Assembly: GCA_913020725.1 (NCBI GenBank)
Contig: CAJWCD010000087.1
Coordinates: 1-15,979 of the forward strand
Direction: 5' to 3'
Length of the DNA stretch: 15,979 bases
DNA from: an uncultured Pseudomonadota bacterium
GTDB lineage: Bacteria; SAR324; NAC60-12
Shown here: piece after piece, positions 9,485-15,979 of the stretch
Layout of the letters: the number at the start of each line of letters is the position of its first letter
Position numbering within the stretch: position 1 is the stretch's first letter
The notes under the pieces: model-generated
The model's database searches: none
Seen by the model: only the letters and a program-made list of their open reading frames with translations
What the model was told of the DNA's origin: nothing
Translations under genes and position numbers: made by a program

Positions 9485-10591
9485 TCAGATTTTCTCTATC
9501 GTCAGGTAGGCGTGGACGTAGTCCATGCGATGCGCGTCCGGAGCCTTGAGAACGCGCTGGTGGTAGGCACCGTAGTAGGATTCAATCAGTTCCTGCCGTT
9601 CTTCCAGCGGACGCGATTCGTCTAACGCTCCCAGAAAAATGCTCTGATTCCAACTGCGGATGGTCGGAATGTACGCATTGGCGAAGCGTTTGACATTGCC
9701 GTGCGTTTTGAATTCCTCCGCAAAAGGGCAGGGCACGATGCGCGTGTGGGCATCGACCAACCGTAATCCAGACTGGTAAACCGGACTGGCCGGATCGGTC
9801 AGCGGCACAGAGAATTCCTCGACCGTGTTGTAATACTGCGGCAGGGTCATGCGCACATACTCCTCCCGGCTGATGCGTCCATTCTCCAGAAACTCGTTCC
9901 AGATTTCGTTGAAGGTGTCGAACATGTTGACGCCGAAGGTGTTGCCAAGGTAGCGTCCTTCCTCATCCCGCCCAAAATTCACCAGCACCAAGTGTCCTCC
10001 GGAAACCAACTCTTTGGAGCGGTTCAGCAGAATCCTCTCCCAATCCCGCTTGCCCTGTTCGGCGAATTTTACGAGGGCGTCTCCTGTGGCTCCGACCATG
10101 TGGACGTGGTTCTCAAGATCGCAGGGTTTTTGCCGCAACCAGTGCATGGCAGTCGCGGAAAAACCAAGATTCACGCTGTTGGGCGGACAGATGGGCAGGT
10201 AGAACGACGAGGCCGAGAACAGCGGGCGGACATTCTGGAAACGCTCTAGGTACGACTCAAACGGACCCAATCCGTGAATCATTTGCACGAGTGCATTGAA
10301 ATCGTTGCGGGGCTGGTCGGTGTAGATGATGTTGAACACCGCGTCCGGACAGATTTTCTCCACCCGTTCAATGACTTTGCCAATCATGCCCAGCGACGTG
10401 CCCCCGTCCGCACAACCCATGTCCAACATTTGGAACACCGGGAGTTCCGGAGGCAACTTCATGGCCTCGACTGCGTTCAGCACCAAATCGGCGGCGAGGT
10501 TGATGACATCCGCCGCGCCCTTGGTGGCAAGCGAATACGCCCCACCTCCGGACATGGTGATGTGCTGGGCTTGGCTGGCTGGCTGGCTCAT
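9485..10591 (-). CDS. SABATH-like (Methyltransf_7) SAM-dependent methyltransferase
   Basis: About 368 aa from ATG 10591 (alternative ATG 10555). Motifs in the same order as plant SAMT/JMT/caffeine synthases: MSGGGAYS, DMGCADGGTS, DQPRNDFNAL, SFY..ICPPNSVNLGFSATAMHWL, FAEQGKRDW..IL..RSKELVSGGHLVL. Confidence 0.85.
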   Translation of the reverse strand: MSQPASQAQHITMSGGGAYSLATKGAADVINLAADLVLNAVEAMKLPPELPVFQMLDMGCADGGTSLGMIGKVIERVEKICPDAVFNIIYTDQPRNDFNALVQMIHGLGPFESYLERFQNVRPLFSASSFYLPICPPNSVNLGFSATAMHWLRQKPCDLENHVHMVGATGDALVKFAEQGKRDWERILLNRSKELVSGGHLVLVNFGRDEEGRYLGNTFGVNMFDTFNEIWNEFLENGRISREEYVRMTLPQYYNTVEEFSVPLTDPASPVYQSGLRLVDAHTRIVPCPFAEEFKTHGNVKRFANAYIPTIRSWNQSIFLGALDESRPLEERQELIESYYGAYHQRVLKAPDAHRMDYVHAYLTIEKI

Positions 10592-10606
10592 TCCCTCCCG
10601 TTCCAA

Positions 10607-13264
10607 TCAGAAGTTCAGCGACACGTCCCGGTTTCCGGAGTTGCAGCTTGCCACGTAGAGCGCCTGCTCCTGCGTCAACCGCTTTTGCTGGCGGATGCCG
10701 ATGGTGTTGCGGATTATTTCCTCATACGAGGTCAGCGCCGGGAGCAGTGGAGCAGTGGCCTGCGCGCGCCAGACTTTTTGCTCCTCGTAAAGCTTAATCG
10801 CCTTGTCCATCTCCTTCAGGGCTTTCCCCTTGCTGGGTTTCCTCGCCTTCAGGGCGCGCCGGGCTTTGGAGAGGTGCGATTTTATTTTCGATGCGCCTTC
10901 GATACTCCCGAACTGGCCGGAAAGTGTCTTGAGTGGCACCAGCATGTCGGCAGGTTCATTGACTTCCACCTGTTCACGCATGGCGGTCAAAGCGCTTTCC
11001 AGAGCATTGAAAGCTGTGGTTCCACGCAGGGTGTCAAGCAGTTTGGTCGCCGAGCCATAGCCTTTGTCGGCGGCGCGGCGGTACTGCATGCGGGCTTTGT
11101 TTGCGGCCTTCCTCAAGGTCGAGAACTTTGCATAAGCATCTGGCCACTCCTCCGGAATGCTTTGGTGCAGTTGCTCACTCTCGGTTTTGAGTTCCACAAT
11201 CAGTTGCTCCAATGCGATTTTTTGAGAGACTTCCGCGTTCTCGGGGAAGTAGCGGAGATTGGTTTCCAACTTTTTGATTTCTTTGTTGAGGCCCCGGACT
11301 TGTCGTTCGATGATGCGGGTGGTCGTGTGCAGAGGACGATACTCGACCGCTCCAACCGTCATCACCAGACCTGCTTCACGCGCTTTGCCGAACAAGCCGA
11401 TTGCAGTTTCCACACTGTCGAAGCCCTTGCTCGTGTTGGAGGCCAGTTTTTTCGGCAGCACGCTCAGGTCAAGCGCACGGACATCGGCGAGGCCGCTTTG
11501 AATGGCAGCACCATTTTCGGCAAGTTGCCCAACCACATACTCCTCCACGCAGAACTGAAGCTGGGGGTTGCGTGGTGGTGGAGCGGTGTCGGAGGTCAGG
11601 GAAACCCGATTGGGCAGGTAGTTGACCAATCTAGGATACACTGCAACGATGCCAAGTGCGACCAACTGTAAAATGATGAAAACGACCACCCCTCTATACA
11701 TCTCAATGGTTTTCACAATCACTGGGGCCACGCCTCTTAGATAGAAGAGGGCGAAGCCAAAGGGAGGGGTCAAAAAGGAGGTTTGGATGTTGAGGCCAAT
11801 CATCACCCCAAGCCAGACTGCAGTGACATTGGCGGAGGGATCGGCGAGCAGGATGGGTGCGGTGATTGGCACCACCACCACGGCGATTTCGATGAAATCA
11901 AGAAAGAAGCCCATGATGAAGATCACCCCCATCACAATAATGAACTGCATCCAAAAACCGCCGGGCAGGCTGTTGAGGAATTCCCGGACAAGGTCCTCAC
12001 CTCCAAACGCCCGGAAGGCGGCGGTCAGCATTGCGGCTCCCAGCAGGATGATGAAGACCAGCGAAGAGGTCTTCGCGGTTTCCACCATCACGCTTTGCAG
12101 AGTGTTGTCGATCTTATAAGTTCTCCAGCCGCTCCAACACAAGGCAATCAACAGCAGGATCACCGCAAATACGGCGAGACCCACCACCACCGCATCGGTG
12201 CTGGTCTTGATGTTTTTGACGTTGATTTCGAAATTCGCCAGCAGGATGCCAATGATGGCCAGCGCAGCGAACGCGAGGAGCGCCGGATAGTAGGTGCCCT
12301 TCTTGCCCTCCATGAGACGGTAGCCCCCCATGAAAAGTGCACCGGTCGCACCAATGGCTCCCGCCTGATTCACCGTTGCAATCCCCGCAATGATTGACCC
12401 CAGCACGAGGATAATCAAGCCCAGCGGCGGGATGAGAATGAGCAGCACCTTGAGGAAAAATTTTCCGTCAAACGACTCGTCGGAGTGGATTGCAGGTGCG
12501 TGATGGGGCCGGAGTAAGGCGTAACCCAAGATAAATGCCATGTAGAGCCCCACCAACACCAAGCCCGGAACGAAGGCGCCGAGGAACATTTCTCCGGCAC
12601 TCGTCGAAGCCACGTCAAACTCTGAGGGCATGGAAAGCTCGCCCGTTGTGACCTTGTAAAGTGCCTTACGGGCCGAACTGGCCTGATCCGTTGCACTGGC
12701 CAACTGGTCGGCGAGGATGATGAGAACGATTGAGGGGGGGATGATTTGGCCAAGGGTTCCGGAAGCCGCAATGGTTCCGGTTGCCAGAGAATGCGAGTAG
12801 TTGTTGCGCAGCATCACCGGGAGCGAAATCAAGCCCATCGCCACGACCGTGGCTCCGACAATGCCAGTGGTTGCGGCCAGCAAGGCACCGACAAAAACCA
12901 CCGAAATGCCAAGTCCTCCGGGAACCGGACCAAAGAGTTGAGCCATTGTCACCAGCAGGTCTTCCGCAATGCGGGAGCGCTGGAGCATGATGCCCATGAA
13001 GATGAAGAGGGGAATGGCGATCAGGGTATCCCGTTCGACCTCCCAGTAAACACCCCGCAGGTTAGTGACTCCTGCACTGAGCCACTGTCCGGGGCCGCCT
13101 TGGGCAAAGTACACGTCAACATTGCCTTCGAGCAGATAACCCGTGATGGCGGCAAGACAGATGGTGACCACTGACGAGCCGGGCAGGGCAAACGCAACAG
13201 GAAATCCGGACCCCAAGGCGAGTGCCATCAGGAGAACGAGGAGAGCGAGAAATACGAATTCCAT
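10607..13264 (-). CDS. dctM: TRAP transporter large permease subunit with insertions and a ~330-aa soluble C-terminal extension
   Basis: 885 aa. SGFPVAFAL, LIAIPLFIFMG, LAATTGIVGATVV, ASGTLGQIIPPSI, GFFLDFIEI, NIQTSFLTPPFGFALFYLRGVAP. The last TM ends near YPRLVNYLP (~11610), then a hydrophilic helical region follows. Confidence 0.93.
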   Translation of the reverse strand: MEFVFLALLVLLMALALGSGFPVAFALPGSSVVTICLAAITGYLLEGNVDVYFAQGGPGQWLSAGVTNLRGVYWEVERDTLIAIPLFIFMGIMLQRSRIAEDLLVTMAQLFGPVPGGLGISVVFVGALLAATTGIVGATVVAMGLISLPVMLRNNYSHSLATGTIAASGTLGQIIPPSIVLIILADQLASATDQASSARKALYKVTTGELSMPSEFDVASTSAGEMFLGAFVPGLVLVGLYMAFILGYALLRPHHAPAIHSDESFDGKFFLKVLLILIPPLGLIILVLGSIIAGIATVNQAGAIGATGALFMGGYRLMEGKKGTYYPALLAFAALAIIGILLANFEINVKNIKTSTDAVVVGLAVFAVILLLIALCWSGWRTYKIDNTLQSVMVETAKTSSLVFIILLGAAMLTAAFRAFGGEDLVREFLNSLPGGFWMQFIIVMGVIFIMGFFLDFIEIAVVVVPITAPILLADPSANVTAVWLGVMIGLNIQTSFLTPPFGFALFYLRGVAPVIVKTIEMYRGVVVFIILQLVALGIVAVYPRLVNYLPNRVSLTSDTAPPPRNPQLQFCVEEYVVGQLAENGAAIQSGLADVRALDLSVLPKKLASNTSKGFDSVETAIGLFGKAREAGLVMTVGAVEYRPLHTTTRIIERQVRGLNKEIKKLETNLRYFPENAEVSQKIALEQLIVELKTESEQLHQSIPEEWPDAYAKFSTLRKAANKARMQYRRAADKGYGSATKLLDTLRGTTAFNALESALTAMREQVEVNEPADMLVPLKTLSGQFGSIEGASKIKSHLSKARRALKARKPSKGKALKEMDKAIKLYEEQKVWRAQATAPLLPALTSYEEIIRNTIGIRQQKRLTQEQALYVASCNSGNRDVSLNF

Positions 13265-13282
13265 GGAATTTACAACAAGGAC

Positions 13283-14275
13283 TTAGTTTGCAGCGGGAGT
13301 GTTAGGCTGGCGCTTTCCCGGTTCCTGGCGGAAATCTGCCACGGCCTCCAGCAAATAGCTCGCAAACTGAATTGCCATCGTGAAGGCAAAGACCCCCAAG
13401 AAGGCGGCCATCTGGTATTTGATGTACATGCCATAACCCGACTGCGAGACTTCAAAGTTCATGATGGGACTGTTGAGGATCGAGGATTTTCCGCTGGTGC
13501 CGATCAGGATGATGGTCGTACACACGGAGAGGCCGAGAAAGATGCAGCCGATGGCGTTCACGAATCCCTTGGTGCGGGATCGGAAGTTGGTGTAGAAGAC
13601 ATCCACCCGGACATGTCCTTCCTCCAACAGGGTGTAGGCACTGGCAAACAGGAAGAGCGCCGCATACCAGTAGCGCACAAGGTCGCCCATGAAGGCTTGT
13701 TCGTAGGACAGCACAAAGCGTGTGATGACAATGGCCAACTCGGCAACCACAATCAGTAACGTGAACCAAGTGAAACCCAAGGTGCGCGTGAAAATCGCGG
13801 TGACAATGCCCACCACCACGAGCGGCACATGCAGGTACTGCCCCCGGAAGTGCGGGCGTCCCAGTTCCTTCGCCAATTCCTCGCCGACAACCGCAGGCAA
13901 AAAACCCTCCACCCGAATGAACGAGACCGCCATGTCTGCAAGCCCAACGAACACCACCGCCCAAAAGGCGGCACGGATCAGGAAAGTGTTGATCTCCGTG
14001 ATGCGGGCACTGTCCCGGCGTAGGGTCAGTTCCGGAGTGCGCAAGACGTAGTAGCCTGCAACTGCAAAACTAAGCAGGTAGAAAAAGGTCTGCACCCAAC
14101 CAAGTGTTCCGGACTCACTGGAAAAAATCGCAGCAGCGCCCGGCCATTCGTGGGCGAGGTTGAGGTAGTTGTTGATCAGGTAAATCAGCAGGGTGGCGAT
14201 CACGCACCAAGAAAACAAACGAGTGGACGACGTGAGCCAGTCATTTCGAGAGAGAGCTTCAGCAGGATTTTCCAT
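13283..14275 (-). CDS. dctQ: TRAP transporter small permease subunit, enlarged (330 aa, about 8 TM)
   Basis: DctQ core with VITRFV, DLVRYWYAALFLFASAYTLLEEGHVRVDVFY. Extra hydrophobic N-terminal ~165 aa. ATG 14275 preferred over the ORF-track start, which lies across the terminator hairpin. Confidence 0.9.
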   Translation of the reverse strand: MENPAEALSRNDWLTSSTRLFSWCVIATLLIYLINNYLNLAHEWPGAAAIFSSESGTLGWVQTFFYLLSFAVAGYYVLRTPELTLRRDSARITEINTFLIRAAFWAVVFVGLADMAVSFIRVEGFLPAVVGEELAKELGRPHFRGQYLHVPLVVVGIVTAIFTRTLGFTWFTLLIVVAELAIVITRFVLSYEQAFMGDLVRYWYAALFLFASAYTLLEEGHVRVDVFYTNFRSRTKGFVNAIGCIFLGLSVCTTIILIGTSGKSSILNSPIMNFEVSQSGYGMYIKYQMAAFLGVFAFTMAIQFASYLLEAVADFRQEPGKRQPNTPAAN

Positions 14276-14285
14276 ACTCCATTCC

Positions 14286-14314
14286 AAAAAAAAAGGACGG
14301 AGCGAACTCCGTCC
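14286..14314 (-). terminator. Intrinsic terminator or attenuator between dctP and dctQ
   Basis: Minus strand GGACGGAG-TTCG-CTCCGTCC (perfect 8-bp stem) followed by nine T. Confidence 0.85.
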
Positions 14315-14334
14315 CCAAAGCAACTTTGAGCTTT

Positions 14335-14371
14335 ATGGCTCCAGCCCTCATGTTCAAAGGGCTGAAGCCAT
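14335..14371 (-). other. 14-bp RNA stem-loop directly after the dctP stop (probable mRNA-stabilising hairpin)
   Basis: Minus strand ATGGCTTCAGCCCT-N9-AGGGCTGGAGCCAT. The single DNA mismatch is a G-U pair only in the minus-strand RNA, the strand dctP is on. Confidence 0.7.
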
Positions 14372-14374
14372 GGA

Positions 14375-15475
14375 TCAAATTCCCAGCACGCGGTTGCGTT
14401 GCATAGAGAAAGCAACTTCGGCGATCTTCTGCCAGCCTCCGAGTTCACGCAACGTGCTCTGGTAGTGATCATTGATCTTCTTGGCAAGGCCACTGTGGTC
14501 GCGGACTTCCTCATACATTTCAGCAGATGCCTCGCCAAAGCTGTCATAAGTGTCGTCCGAGAACTGCCGCAGTTCAACCCCATGATCGTTAATCAAGCGA
14601 GCGAGGTAAGTGCCGTTGTTCGCCTGAGCCTCTTCATATTGAGCAGCATGCTCTTCGAGACAAGCAGCGGTGAGAACTGCCTGTTCATACTTTGAGAGTG
14701 ACCCCCACCACGAGGCGTTCATTCCGAATGCAATCCCGCCTCCTGGCTCGTGAAAGCCTGGGTAGTAGTAGTACTTGGCCGCTTCATAGAACTTCAAGAA
14801 GTAATCATTATATGGTCCAACCCACTCAGTTGCGTCAATGGCCCCAGAAACGAGATTCTCATATATTTGACCCCCAGGTAGTGAAACTGGAGAAGCGCCA
14901 AGCCTCGCCATCACGTCCCCACCCAGACCAGGAATCCGCATCTTCAACCCCTTGAGGTCGTCTGCGGATTCGATCTCCTTGTTGAACCAGCCGCCCATCT
15001 GGGTGCCGGTTGCTCCACAGGTAATCGACTTGAGACCATAAGAGCCTGCCATCTCATCCCAGAGTTCTTGTCCACCTTTGAACTTGATCCAAGCATTCCA
15101 CTCAACCGTGGTCATACCAAATGGAACTGACGTGAAATACGCAAACCCGGGATGCTTACCCTTCCAGTAATAATCCGCAGAAATGTAGGCTTGGGAGTTT
15201 CCGGACGCCACTTCATCGAAAACATCGAATGCGCCAACTCGCTCGCCTGCGGCAAAGTACTGAGTGGTGATCCTGCCATCACTCAACTCCGGAATACGGG
15301 CAGCCAGTCGCTGGGCACTCAATCCGAGTCCAGGAAAGTCTTTGGGCCAACTTGAGACGATCACCATTTCCTTACGGCCCTGGGCGATCGCGGGAGCTGA
15401 AACTGTTGAAGCCGCCGCAACAGCCGCCCCGCCCGCTGCTGCACCCTTGATGAATTTTCGTCGATCCATACTCAT
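14375..15475 (-). CDS. dctP: TRAP substrate-binding protein, TakP/SmoM (2-oxoacid/monocarboxylate-cation) subfamily, Tat-exported
   Basis: 366 aa from ATG 15475 (SD AAGGAG). Tat signal MDRRKFIKG...APAIAQ, YYWKGK, FTSVPFG, GTQMGGWF, LKGLKMRIPGLGG (carboxylate-binding Arg), DATEWVGPYND, YYYPGFHEPG. Confidence 0.95.
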   Translation of the reverse strand: MSMDRRKFIKGAAAGGAAVAAASTVSAPAIAQGRKEMVIVSSWPKDFPGLGLSAQRLAARIPELSDGRITTQYFAAGERVGAFDVFDEVASGNSQAYISADYYWKGKHPGFAYFTSVPFGMTTVEWNAWIKFKGGQELWDEMAGSYGLKSITCGATGTQMGGWFNKEIESADDLKGLKMRIPGLGGDVMARLGASPVSLPGGQIYENLVSGAIDATEWVGPYNDYFLKFYEAAKYYYYPGFHEPGGGIAFGMNASWWGSLSKYEQAVLTAACLEEHAAQYEEAQANNGTYLARLINDHGVELRQFSDDTYDSFGEASAEMYEEVRDHSGLAKKINDHYQSTLRELGGWQKIAEVAFSMQRNRVLGI

Positions 15476-15544
15476 TGTTCTCTCCTTGCGTGAGTTGAGA
15501 AAATGGCACTTCGTGCCGAGAAACCTGAACAAAGCAGGTAAACC

Positions 15545-15572
15545 AACTTATCCACTGCTTCAGAGATGTCAA
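15545..15572 (-). promoter_or_regulatory. Putative sigma70 promoter of the TRAP-methyltransferase operon
   Basis: Minus strand perfect TTGACA (15572-15567), 16-nt spacer, TAAGTT (15550-15545), about 70 nt upstream of the dctP ATG. Confidence 0.55.
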
Positions 15573-15609
15573 GCAGGAATGTCCGTCTTGCCATGCAAGG
15601 TTCACGTTC

Positions 15610-15911
15610 AGGTGAGTGTCCAATCGGAAAGGGTTCTCTCCACACCGGAATGTGTTCCTGAGGAACATGATCTACAACATCATCAACATCATCAACATCA
15701 AAGAAAAGAATGGTTCCTTGCACATGTGAAGGTTTTCTCGATGGATGTTTGACCAACGCTCCCTCCATGGATTCAGGAGTTTCATTCAGCGTGATTCCTC
15801 TTGCCTCATATTCATATCAAAGAAAGTCGCATTGAAGATTTTTTTGTAGAAAAATTCTGCTCTTTCTAAATCCATCACATAGATTTCAAACCGATTGATT
15901 TCAGTACCCAT
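15610..15911 (-). pseudogene. Frameshifted and 3'-truncated VOC/glyoxalase/bleomycin-resistance family gene
   Basis: ATG 15911 gives MGTEINRFEIYVMDLERAEFFYKKIFNATFFDM, with a stop at 15788-15786. A second frame continues EYEARGITLNETPESMEGALVKHPSRKPSHVQGTILFFDVDDVDDVVDHVPQEHIPVWREPFPIG. Both parts match small VOC proteins (FEIxVxDxxRAxxFY; GALV..GTxxxFxVxD). I found no C-terminal DxEGN strand. Confidence 0.72.
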
Positions 15912-15979
15912 AGTGTTTGAATGATTGTAACTATTCAGGTACCCCTATTTTTGAGTATAATACTGATTTTATTGGATTA

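Noticed and set aside
10274..11671. 465-aa plus-strand ORF
   Set aside because: Lies antisense to dctM and the methyltransferase and has no recognisable motifs. It looks like a shadow ORF of GC-rich coding DNA.
15476..15532. ORF-track N-terminal extension of dctP (likewise 14276-14323 for dctQ)
   Set aside because: The SD and Tat signal support ATG 15475 for dctP. The dctQ extension runs through the terminator hairpin.
15653..15667. Palindrome TGTTCCT-G-AGGAACA
   Set aside because: Lies inside the VOC relic coding sequence, about 80 bp upstream of the -35 box, and occurs once. Could be chance.
15675..15700. 9-bp tandem repeat (CAACATCAT)x~3, reading QHHQHHQH on the plus strand
   Set aside because: Explained by the minus-strand VOC segment FDVDDVDDVVD. 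No support for a His-rich peptide, CRISPR array or iteron.
15956..15961. TATAAT on the plus strand near the right edge
   Set aside because: No convincing -35 box, AT-rich background, and no downstream gene visible in the window.

Overview
Bacterial metabolic region, mostly about 55-60% GC by eye, falling to about 32% (63/199 counted) over the last 200 bp. From the left: the 5' end of an FAD-linked 2-hydroxyacid oxidase/dehydrogenase (minus strand, missing from the ORF track) diverges from an operon of a class-V serine/alanine-glyoxylate-type aminotransferase, a family III (CaiB/BaiF) CoA-transferase and a DMT transporter. A second, convergent family III CoA-transferase shares back-to-back promoter candidates with an amidase-signature enzyme, followed by pntAB. 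On the minus strand is the most unusual unit: a TakP-type TRAP transporter (Tat-exported DctP, enlarged DctQ, 885-aa DctM with a ~330-aa soluble helical C-terminal domain) followed 15 bp later by a plant-like SABATH (Methyltransf_7) methyltransferase. A frameshifted, truncated, low-GC VOC/glyoxalase gene relic lies just upstream of the TRAP promoter. No rRNA, tRNA, CRISPR or mobile element was seen. All family assignments come from motif recognition by eye, not from database searches.
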